This document shows positions 20,001 to 28,646 of a stretch of DNA of 64,000 nucleotides, one piece after another (within the stretch, counting starts at the first letter, position 1; every line of letters begins with the position of its first letter). Below the pieces are notes generated by a model that made no database searches, was not told the origin of the DNA, and saw only the letters and a program-made list of their open reading frames with translations. Source of the DNA: an uncultured delta proteobacterium (GTDB taxonomy: Bacteria; Desulfobacterota; Binatia; HRBIN30; BPIQ01); the NCBI GenBank assembly GCA_963761335.1, contig CAVXGR010000005.1:32001-96000 (forward strand), read 5' to 3'. The translations under genes and the position numbers were made by a program.

Positions 20001-20684
20001 GATGCCGACGATCGCGGTGATCTCTACGGGGCCATCGGCTTTCGCTCCGGCATCATCAATCTCCTCTGGCTGGCGCAGGGCCGCGCCGACTATGCGCGCC
20101 AGCAGACAGATGGCATCATCGCGCGCTGGCCCGCTGATGGCTTCCACCTGCAACACTATCTTCATCTGCTCGCCAGCGCGCACATCGACCTTTACGTCGG
20201 CGAGCCGTGGGCCGCTTGGCAACGAATCCGGGAAGCGTGGCCAAAGTTGAAGCGAGCGCACTATCTCAGCCTCGATGGACCGAAGACGGAGCTGCTCAAC
20301 CTGCGGGGCCGTGTCGCCTTGGCCGCGGCATGTCACAGGTCCCAGGTCGAGCCAAGCTGGCCCCGCCCACGCCTGCTGCGGCTCGCCGAAGGCGAGGCGC
20401 AGAGCCTGTCTCGATTGCGGCTCCGCTCGGCAAGACCGTTGGCGGCCTTGCTCCGTGCCGGCGTGAGCCAAGCACGAGGGGAAACCGACGAGGCTGCACG
20501 CCGCTACGCTGAGGCGGCAGAAGATTTCCGGCACGCTGACATGAAGCTGTACGAGATTGCCGCCCGCCATCCGCTGATTTCGCCGGCATCTTCTGCGGCG
20601 GCGTCGGTTGCCGCCGAAGCCGAGGCGCTCGGCGTCCGCGATTTACCAGCGCTGACGACGATCCTCGCACCACAGAGGCAGTAG
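17058..20684 (+). CDS. Hanks-type Ser/Thr kinase fused to an AAA/STAND ATPase and a helical (TPR-like) C-terminus
   Basis: LGRGSSGVVY, VALK, HRDIKPPN, DFG, YMAPE; Walker A GPSGIGKT and Walker B WIDDLQWAD. Confidence 0.9.
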   Translation: MHLGPGKRFESLGVLGRGSSGVVYRAFDHEIGAEVALKTLEKRDPESSYLLKREFRSLAGVCHRNLVELYELVVTDEESFFTMELIEGLSFVDFVRAVGSGEARLDRMLAVGRQLGEGLAALHAAGKLHRDIKPPNVLVDGNGRVVLLDFGFTIAPSASDIQDPDASEVVGTLSYMAPEVLWGAPPEEAADWYSTGVIFYEALTGRLPHSGRAALVRRSAREMPQPPSTVDPSLPARLDGAVMRLLHPDPAQRRSPVDLLARVDLNDRSPLASSPPPRPEAAFVGRRTETATLRAAYESVGRGAPAVVQVYGPSGIGKTELVQHFVCCLESEGALVLRGRCHPYEQIPYKGLDTLIDCLSRYLLSLPADAAGALLPPHAAELLRVFPVLARVPGFAQGRLPEDTEPFQVRRRAFSALRQLLGAIADQRRLVLWIDDLQWADADSAVALRDLLHGPVVPPILLLLSFRSEDRAQTPFLAELWSLPLDWARELAVAGLDGDDIRVLLRQVAPDIPAEFIEQIASEAGGSPFFAAQLARYAGHGPAASGGVQAFRLESVVGNRLEELAPPEREILEIVSVAGHPIERRMALGAAGMAERHRPLLVRLERETLLRATSLDRDVAVEIYHDKIREAIITRLTPEVLRRRHGQIAEALVRAGSADSQDLFTHYLGAGDQERARPYGVTAAERAAEALAFDRAAALYRQVLELELAGDERRLLVAKLADALANSGRGSDAAEQFEAAASLWEEEEGGREVALSLHRRAAEQYLRAGSLERGIQVTRDVLAHVGVRLPVGAGRSIATALWQRTRLLVARYDRVKPLPAISSQQRLRLDTCWGSALALSVMDQMASELLTGRHLLEASRVGERSHVARALGLEAVKSAQLGGRFLQRRSVRLLRLAEEMSRDLDDPYSRAFHLSCVGAAAYERAEWRKAFESCDAATSLYRAECTGAVWESVTTQAFALSALAHMGDLLELGRRLPAAIADADDRGDLYGAIGFRSGIINLLWLAQGRADYARQQTDGIIARWPADGFHLQHYLHLLASAHIDLYVGEPWAAWQRIREAWPKLKRAHYLSLDGPKTELLNLRGRVALAAACHRSQVEPSWPRPRLLRLAEGEAQSLSRLRLRSARPLAALLRAGVSQARGETDEAARRYAEAAEDFRHADMKLYEIAARHPLISPASSAAASVAAEAEALGVRDLPALTTILAPQRQ

Positions 20685-20694
20685 CTGCGCCGAT

Positions 20695-21042
20695 TCAGAA
20701 GAGATTCGGGAGACCTTGCGGTTCGAAGACAACGTACCTTTGTGTCGATCTTCTGTATACCGGCTCCTTTACTTGCTTGTCCCGGCAAGCAGCTGGTTTA
20801 GCCGGTTCGTCAATCGCCAGGATGAGCCTGTCACTTTCGGTTGCCAGAAGCTCATAGCGCCTCGGAGGGGACAGGTAAGAAGGAACCTGACGGTGCTCCT
20901 TTCTCGGGATGCCCTCTACCCATCTGATATCGCGCTGCTCGCGAGGACGCTCGCTGCCAAGATCGATCTCGTCGACCTCGCCGGCCCTCACGAGCCTCTC
21001 CCACATATCGTTGATCCGGCGATTGGCATCGTCCACGTTCAT
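20695..21042 (-). CDS. Hypothetical protein, last gene of the polyprenyl synthase operon
   Basis: 115-aa ORF with ATGA overlap to the upstream oxidoreductase stop and a GGAG RBS. Confidence 0.5.
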   Translation of the reverse strand: MNVDDANRRINDMWERLVRAGEVDEIDLGSERPREQRDIRWVEGIPRKEHRQVPSYLSPPRRYELLATESDRLILAIDEPAKPAACRDKQVKEPVYRRSTQRYVVFEPQGLPNLF

Positions 21043-23638
21043 CGCGATCCTCCATCTGTAATCTCCGCGGCTCGCCGCCCGAGCACAGGCAAGGCATATC
21101 CAGACAGATCGGGGTCGGGGCGGAGGAATCTGCGGGGCAGCTTCTTCAGCTCGAGGATGTCGAGGAAGTGTTGCAGGCCGCAGCGGAAGAGCTCTCTGTC
21201 CAGGTCCACAAGCGAGCGCAGGTCGGGATGCTCGTTATTCTCCGGGTTCCAGACTCGGCATCTCGAGCCCACGAACGTATCTGTCTCCAGCAGCCCGTTC
21301 ACCGCGTGGCGGCCGGACTCGTTCGCGGCCTCCATGGTCGTCATGCGCGTATGTGTCGCCATGTACACGCCGGCGAAGACGAGGTTGCCGTAGTACACCT
21401 CGTATCCTCGATCCCCGTTGAGCCGTCCTGGCCGCTTGCGATACACGCCCGGTCGTGTGAGCAGGAATGGAGCCTTGTTTCTGTAGGGCTTCTCGGATTC
21501 ATCGAGGCAGAGGTTCTCGTCCAGATGGTAGAAGAGCGGAGGCGGCACGAGGCGATCCGTATTCGGAAGGGTGCGGCTTACCTGGTTCCAGACCTCCTCG
21601 GCGATCTCTTCTTTTGTACAGTGCCAAGCGACGCGTCCAAGCTTCTTGCTGGCGACGTGCCACGAGGTCATATCGACGGAGATGACGCCCCGATAGCCGT
21701 CCCACCAGCCACGCTTCCGTTGCCAGAACTGCGGCTGTGAGATGGATGAAAGACCCCACTCTGCATCCGAGTAGGCGATGTGCCCCTCGACACAGTGCAC
21801 GTCGCTGCCGAAGTAGTACTGGATGCCGCTCATGTGGGCGAACTCTCCACCGGGATGCGGCTGTGTCGGATCCCCGGTGTCGAAGCTCTCGATGCGGTCG
21901 AAGTCCTCGCCCTGCAGTCGCGATCCCCGGGCGTTGTGCTCGCGGATGATCTGCTGGATGCGATCCAGGGGCAAAGCGACGACGTAGTAGTCGCGAACGA
22001 GCACGGTGGTCTTCTTTTCGTCCTCGACATTCATCGGTTCCTGCGCCTCGTTGAAGTGCCGGCGAACCTTCGGCCAGATGGTCTGGTCGTCGAAGACGAT
22101 GAAGCCCTCGAGCGTTCCGTGGTTGAACTCGACACCTTGGCTCTCCAGGTAGCGGCGCCAGTGGTCCATCCACGCGAGGCTGGTGGGCCCATTCAACGTG
22201 CCGTCGGTTCGTTCCCGATCGAGGAACTGGTCGAGGAACATCTGTGTCGAGATGTTGCCCTGCGTCCTGGCGTCGCTGTTCGTTGAGGTCTGCCCCAGCA
22301 GCGTCTGTGGCGTTGCCTCCAGGAAATGCCGGAAGAATCGCTGTAGCAATCACCCTCGACGAAGTCCCACCAGGAGAGGTCCTCGTACTCCGCCTCACGG
22401 CGGCCCGGACAGCTCGTCATGTACTTGAAGAGCTTAAGTTCGAAGCGGCCGAGGTCGGCGAGCGTGAAGCCCATGTTGCGGAAGACCTTGTCGATGGCGT
22501 CGAAGAGCCTGGCCGTCTTCACCCGTTGACGCGGGAACTTGAACGATTTGCGGGGATCGTCGAAGAAGAAGCCCTGGTAGCGCGTAGGAAGGATGTTGTC
22601 CAAGACGGTACGGGGTGTCTGGACGTAGATGTCCTCGTCTTGCGCTACGGGGGTACGCCCCATCGTATCGAACACATGACGGTAGAAGGAGGGGAAGAAG
22701 CGAACCCGTGCTCGCCCGGGATCCAATCTTGGCGGAAGCGGAAGGTAACGTAATCTCGATCCTTCGGCAGCTTGCTCCAGTCGTCACGGTACCCATAGCC
22801 GAAGGGCAGATGCGAAGCCTCTTGGCGTCGATACCGAGACAAATCAACACGAGCGCGGCCAGATGGGCGAAGTAAAGGTCCCAACGCCTGCTTACCTCGT
22901 TCCCGCATTTGATCGCCGACCCGACTTGGTCCAAATCGAACTCGGTCGCAACCGGTTGGACGGGCTGGGCGAAAAAGCCGATCACGTCGACTACGAAGGC
23001 GGCATTGCAGATCTGATCGCACACGTGGCATAGATCACGAACATCGTCCGCTTCGCGAAGGACTCCTTTGTAGGAGTTCATCTCTTTGCCGCTCTTGAAC
23101 TCATCGATGGCTCGTCTAATCTTGTCGCGATTCGCGGTGATCGTGCTCCAGTCTGGTCCTGTCTCGACGGGTTGCTGACCAGCATATTGTGAGTGGTATT
23201 GGTCCGAAGGGTCACGCAAGGAGAAATCGATCTGCTGGAGTAGCCCGCTGTCCAATCGTTGCGTGGACATCATGGGGTTACCCGCGGTGGACGGCAGTGG
23301 CCGCGGAACGCTACTCCATTGCGTTCGTGCACACCTCCGACGGCGCAGACGCCGCCGATCATCTCGTCCATGGGCGACGGCTTCGCTGCCTCGTACACCT
23401 CGACGCGATAGCCGCGCTCGATGAGCTCGTGCGCTGCCGTCAATCCCGCGATTCCGGCGCCGAAGATGGCGACGCGTTTCCTGGTTTCTGATGCTTTCAG
23501 TTTGAACAACGGCGGCAGCGCGTCCTTGTAGTGCGGGGGAACGCAAGAATCCTGTACCTCACACTCCTCTTTGGTCGACTCGGGCCGATTCCTTGCCATC
23601 TTCTCTTCTCTTTCTCGATTCCCCTGTTCGCTTGCCAT
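21039..23638 (-). pseudogene. FAD-dependent oxidoreductase (amine oxidase / carotenoid desaturase-like superfamily), split by about 4 frameshifts
   Basis: Fragments join into VAIFGAGIAGLTAAHELIERG ... ARTQW ... IPGEHGF|RFFPSFYRHVFDTM ... LNGPTSLAW ... TMEAANESGRHAVN; frame changes at about 23330, 22800, 22705 and 22345. Confidence 0.75.
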
Positions 23639-24107
23639 TCATAGCCTCCCTTCTGACAATCGTCCGTCGCGACTTGTCGGCGCAGCGTCGCATCTCCCCT
23701 CGGCGGAGACATTTCGGAATCGGCGCAGGAGCGCCGGAAATGCCGGAGCGCGCATGGCCCCGTGCAGGTAGGTGATCAGTCCGTCGTGAAACCGGGCCAC
23801 GTCGGCCGGCGTACCGCGCAGGAGAAGCAAATCGTCAATGACGGCGCCGGTGCAGGGTAAGCTCGGCGCCGATGAGGGCCAGGATGGCCTCCCGGCTCGT
23901 TTGCACCTCGACGGCCGGCTCCGGCGACGGCGGCCGTCGCTGGACCCGATCGCGCTCGAATTCCAAGCACACAACCTCTTTCCCGACGGCGATCTTCACG
24001 CGCATGCGCGACAGGCAGCGGCACATGCCCCCGTAGAATTCCGGCACCTCGCTCTCGAGCAGAGCGAGGGACTCCAGAAGAAAGTCGGTGAAGCCGAGTT
24101 CAGGCAC
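23639..24107 (-). pseudogene. SCP2/sterol-carrier-like hypothetical protein, one frameshift
   Basis: VPELGFTDFLLESL...EVQTSREAILALIGAELTL|...IDDLLLLRGTPADVARFHDGLITYLHGAMRAPAFPALL; the 'L..GELTL...LRG' pattern is reminiscent of SCP2; GTG start overlaps the upstream TGA. Confidence 0.5.
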
Positions 24108-25179
24108 GGATGAACTCCAGAATGGACCGCCCCGCGAAGCAGATGTCCTCGCCACCGATGCGCCCGCGCACCGCCGACCGCGCCGATACCTCGTTGAAGA
24201 TGGTGACGCCCAGACGTGCCTCGCTCGGAATCAACACCTGGGCGACGTGACGCGGCTCGCCTGGACCTCCACCCAGCCCGAGGCGCCGCGTGCCTCAACG
24301 GAGAGGGAGGACGGCACGTCGCACGGGGTCTCCGGTGCGATCAGTGCCATCGGGCGCGGCACCTTGAAGACTCGCCGGCAACGCCGAGCTCGGACCGAGG
24401 GTCAGGCGCAGATCGGACTCGCGGAACAGGGCGTGTAGCGAATCTCGGCGCCAGACGAGCATCTGCTGCGCCAGGGCGCGTGTCCGCGAGCGGTTCGTCA
24501 GGCGCACGAAGGTGAGGCACCAGGGAACCGCATCGTCCTCGGGGAGGACGAAGCCCCATTCCCATGAAACGTCATGGCCCCAGAGGAACTCGCCCCAGTT
24601 GTGGTCGTGGTAGGTGGGCGCATTCCGCAGCACGTGATGGTGGGTCCCGATCGTCACCTCGCCGCTGGCGCGGAGGCGCGGCACGACGACCCAGTTGAGC
24701 GGCGGACCTTCGATCATCGGGATGCTGGGGACGAAAGCCGGCATGGTCGCGGGCTGGAGATCCAGATGCACCGTGACCGGCCGGTCCTCGAGGGCCACGT
24801 CGATGCGGAAGCGACCATCCTCGAAGCGCAGCCGATTCTCGCCGAGGGCCATGTCGATCCGGCCGCCGCGCACCCGGGTCCTGTCCGTCGGGAAGGTCTC
24901 GACGTCTCCGTCCCAATCGCGATCGCGCGCCAGCAGCACGAGGCGCGGGAACTCGCGGCCGGGGCGCGCGTGCGGGCGCGGATCGTCGCAGCAGCTGAAG
25001 TTCACCAACAGATCTAGGTCTTCGTCGAGAAGCACGAAGTGTTGCCATTCCTTGTGGCGCTGTGCCCCGCCCGCGATGGGAGAACGGCGAACGTAATCGA
25101 GGCGCGCGACCGCGTCGCCAATCGCATCGTAGTTCGCAAATGCCGCATCCGGAACGGCCGCCGAGACCGTGCTATTCAA
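24100..25179 (-). pseudogene. AttH / tocopherol-cyclase / carotenoid-hydratase-like beta protein, two frameshifts near the C-terminus
   Basis: KEWQHF, YHDHNWG and WEWG motifs; reconstructed tail RVFKVPRPMAL...VTIFNEVS...ILEFIRA*. Confidence 0.55.
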
Positions 25180-25489
25180 GAAGCCTCCTGGGGACGCGTG
25201 TCCCTGGTACTGGGGGCACTATCGGCTCATCGTGTCCCTGCTGGTGGACGACGGCGGTGGCGACGTGCAGGTCGAGCCGGCGGGCGAAGGAGACAGCTCC
25301 CGGCGCTGGAAAAAGCGCCGGATCCGTTTGCTCCCCGTCGGAAAGCTCCAGGCCCGCGGGACGACGGCCATAGCGCGCCAGCAGCTCTTCGAATCTCTTG
25401 GTCATCGAGATCAGGCCGAGGGTCACTTGTAGGAACATGTTGCGATCCTCGAACTCGTCTCCGACGCGGTGGACTTCCGGCGCGGCCAT
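25172..25489 (-). CDS. Hypothetical helical protein (operon member)
   Basis: MAAPEVHRVGDEFEDRNMFLQVTLGLISMTKRF...; ATG 2 bp after the previous stop; its own stop overlaps the next start. Confidence 0.5.
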   Translation of the reverse strand: MAAPEVHRVGDEFEDRNMFLQVTLGLISMTKRFEELLARYGRRPAGLELSDGEQTDPALFPAPGAVSFARRLDLHVATAVVHQQGHDEPIVPPVPGTRVPRRLLE

Positions 25490-25491
25490 CT

Positions 25492-25914
25492 TCACCTGCT
25501 TCTCGACAGAGAGAGCAGCAGGCGATCGAGATCCTCGCGCGTGACCGCCTGCACCACGGCGTCGAGGATGGCCGTCGGCAGCACCGTCCCGGGGCTGTCT
25601 TCGAGCAGGTTCAACGAGAGGCCCTCCCAGAGCGCGCGCCCACGCCGCACCAGCTCCGAGCCGGCGAGGGCCTCCTGCCACTGGTGCCCTTCCTCCGTCT
25701 GCGCGAACCGCCGCCCCTCCGCCACAAAGGTGGAAAAGAGCGCTTGCGCCGCGATGGGATGCTTGAGCACCAGCAGAGACAGCTGGCGAAGCGCCGCACC
25801 GAGAGCATCCTCTTCCGCACGAAGCCGAGGCAAGCCGTCCGACGACGCCGTGGTGGCGACATCTTCGACACGGAGGTCCTCGACCGCGGACCTCAGGTAG
25901 GCGCGCTCGCTTCA
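25492..25914 (-). CDS. Conserved-looking hypothetical protein; start uncertain, probable 5' frameshift
   Basis: LKHPIAAQALFSTFVAEGRRFAQTEEG...ELVRRGRALWE...LPTAILD is well-formed protein sequence in operon context. Confidence 0.55.
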
Positions 25915-26852
25915 CAGGTTCGGTCACCTCGAGCTTCAGGTGGAGAGCCACGCGGTCGCGGATCAGGCAATAGGTCTCTCCTTGGTACTTGCCACTGGCC
26001 GCAGTGTCAGCCACTCGGACGGTCAACTTGAGCTCGGTCGTGCCGGGAGGAACGTCGGCCGCGGCCGGCATCTCGACGTCGAGGGTGGCAGCATCCGAGC
26101 ACAGGACGAGTGGCAGAGAGCGCAATGGCGCCGTGCTCTGGAAAGGGTTCGTCAGACGGAACGCCAGCTCCTTGGACTGACCCTTGTCGATCCGCATGGA
26201 ATGGGACGCCGTCTGCGTCGACGGCGCCACGCTGACCTCCACCGCCAGCAGCCCGACGACGCGATCTCGCACCAGGACGTAGCTCTCGCCGAGGTAGCGA
26301 CCGTCCTCGGCGCCCAGACCGACCTCGATCACCAGCTCGAGGCGGGCGCTCTTGCCGGGCTCGAGAACGGGCTCCTCGCCCTCGTGGCGGTGTACGTGCG
26401 ACTGGCGCAGCCACATGCAGCCGGGCGGAGAGGATCTTGCCGTCCGAGGTCTTGAGCGCCGGCGTAGTGAAGCGCACGACGGCGGCCTGGTCGTATGGGT
26501 TCTCCACGACGAACGAAGCGCCGGTGACGTCTCCGGGGCGCGCCGTCATGCGCAACGGCACTCGCGGAGTACTCTTCGCGGGCGGGTCACACGCTCTCCC
26601 TTCGGGGTCGAGGCACATCGAGTCGGCGACGCGCTCGAGGCCGTGGGCGCTGAGCTTGATCCACTGCTCGTAGCTGCGCAGCGACAGGCGCGCCAGATCG
26701 AATAGAAGGTCGCCGCCTCGCTTGCCGGAGCCCGAGGGCGGCGATTTTGCGTCCTGCAGAAGCCGGAGAAACTGAACCGTGTTGTCGCGTTGCAGCTTCT
26801 CGATCCTCTCCAGGAAATCGGCGTCGTTGCGGATGTCATCATCGTGCGGCAT
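25910..26852 (-). pseudogene. Protein with an N-terminal helical region and two repeated beta-sandwich (Ig-like) domains, frameshifted at about 26400; 3' end uncertain
   Basis: MPHDDDIRND start after a GGAGG RBS; repeats FVVENP...GRYLGESYVLVRDRVV.LLAVEV and FRLTNP...GKYQGETYCLIRDRVA.HLKLEV. Confidence 0.55.
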
Positions 26853-26871
26853 GAGTGCTTTACCTCCAGGC

Positions 26872-28105
26872 TCAGCGATCGCGAGCCACGACAAAATCGA
26901 CCAGACCCTCGAGAAAGCTCCGATGGACCGAGGACTCGAGCCAGGTCAACCGGCCCAGCACGGTGGCGGCCCTCTCCGCCAGGCCAAGCGCCACGCGGCG
27001 GGCGTACTCGATGCTGCCGTAGCGCTCGATCAAGCTCTGCAGAGCGTGAATGTCTTCTTCGGTCTTCGTCTCGACCGCGAAAGCGGCTGAATGCTCGCGG
27101 AGGGCGTTTTCGATCACCCGCCGCCCCTTCGCCGTCAGGTCGCCGCTCTTCTGCATCCGGCGAAAAGCGCCGACGACGTCGTTGAAGCCGTCGGTGCCTT
27201 CTCTGCAGGGTACCGCCGTCGTTGGCCGCGCCTTGGCGAGAATGGCACAGGCTCTGTCGCGCTCGCACTGCGAGGCGCTTCGCATCATGTGCATCAGGAT
27301 CAACATCTCTTGTTACCCTTCCCACAAGTCCCCGGCGATTTCCTTGCCGTAAACGGCAACCTCGGCGCTGAGGTTGAGGATGTCATCCTGAGCCTGAAAG
27401 GCGACGCCCAAGAGCGCCGCGAGCTTTCGCAGCGCAACGAGCTGGCTGGCATCGGCACCGGCGATGATACCGCCAATGAGCATGGGAGCGACGAAGGTGT
27501 AGCAGCTGGTCTTCTTGTAGACCATGCGGATGTAGTCGGCATCGCGCAGCTCCCAGCTCTGACGGCGGATCCAGTCCAGCTCCAGCGCCTGCCCTTCCGC
27601 CGATTCGCGCGCCATTCGAGCGACAACCTCCATGACGCGCAAGGCCTTGCCGAGACCGATCGTCTGCATGTTGTCGAGCAGGGGCTGTAGGGCCAGAGCC
27701 AGCATGGCGTCGCCGACGTTGACGGCGATCGGAATGCCGTGGCTGCCGTGCAGCGTCGGCGCGTCACGCCGGCTCTCGGAGCCGTCCTCGACGTCGTCGT
27801 GAATCAAAAAGGCGTTGTGGTAAAGCTCGAGAACAGCGGCGGAGCGCAGGACGTGTTCGAGAGAGCCGCCGAGCGCACGGCAGGTAGCGATGCACGGCGC
27901 CGGCCGGAGCCCTTTCGAAGTGCGCAATGGGTAATCGAGAATCAAGTCGTACAGAACCGACTGATAGCGATGCGAGCGTGGCAAGAGTTCGCCGGATTTC
28001 CTCGACGGAGAGATGTCGACAATCCGACAGATAGGCGTCGATCTCCGCGTCAGTCATACCACCTTGCGCCTTCATGGAAAGAGCGGCCGATAGCACAACG
28101 GTCAT
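26872..28105 (-). pseudogene. Polyprenyl diphosphate synthase (trans-IPPS, GGPP synthase-like), split by frameshifts
   Basis: KGLRP, FARM HNAFLIHDDVEDGSESRR, AVNVGD, GQALEL, KKT, SARM FQAQDDILN, GDLWEG; frame breaks at about 27985 and 27310; start could be 28057. Confidence 0.85.
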
Positions 28106-28227
28106 GCGAGCCTCAAGGGTCAGTCATCGCCGTCTGTCTTCGCGGTGCTCCGTCATTGCGAACTCGTCGGTCGGCGCTGGGCTCGCGGGCTCCGCGCCGC
28201 GCGAGCTGGGACCCGTGCGTCTATTGA

Positions 28228-28449
28228 TCATTCACCATCCTTGTCGGCCCCCCCTCTCAATATTCCGAGCCGCCCGGCGACCCGACGCAGGAACTCGAGC
28301 AAGGCGTCGCCGGAGTCGAAGTCGACGTCGTCGCCGGACCAGATGTGCTCCACTCTGCCGACCACCTCATGCGCGCGTACGGTGACGATGCGGACCAGAA
28401 ACGTGCACTGCGCCGAGCGGCTCTTCGGGTCATTGAGGCCGTCGCTCAT
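28228..28449 (-). CDS. Small hypothetical protein (73 aa), first gene after the sigma54 promoter
   Basis: FLVRI...GRVEHIWSGDDVDFDSGDALLEFL, a compact alpha/beta pattern. Confidence 0.6.
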   Translation of the reverse strand: MSDGLNDPKSRSAQCTFLVRIVTVRAHEVVGRVEHIWSGDDVDFDSGDALLEFLRRVAGRLGILRGGADKDGE

Positions 28450-28505
28450 ACTCGCGTCAGGGGCTGAAGCGTGTCGTGGTCTGGCGATCCCATGATGCCC
28501 GTCGG

Positions 28506-28521
28506 AGCAATCGGTGCGCCA
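28506..28521 (-). promoter_or_regulatory. sigma54 -24/-12 promoter driving the polyprenyl synthase operon
   Basis: Minus strand reads TGGCGC-ACCGA-TTGCT, near consensus TGGCAC-N5-TTGC(A/T), about 57 bp upstream of ATG 28449 and beside a divergent bEBP. Confidence 0.75.
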
Positions 28522-28646
28522 CGGTCGGTGCGCCTTCCGGGGCGGGTGCCGTGCGGAAGCGCTTTCCGCCATTCCGGACGGTGGGCCCCCGGCGCGGTTG
28601 TGGAGCGGATGCGAATCGCATACATCAGGGCAAATCGATCACCACC

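Noticed and set aside
21039..28105. Canonical carotenoid or hopanoid cluster
   Set aside because: No phytoene/squalene synthase or cyclase is recognisable; only the IPPS and a distant desaturase-like fold match.
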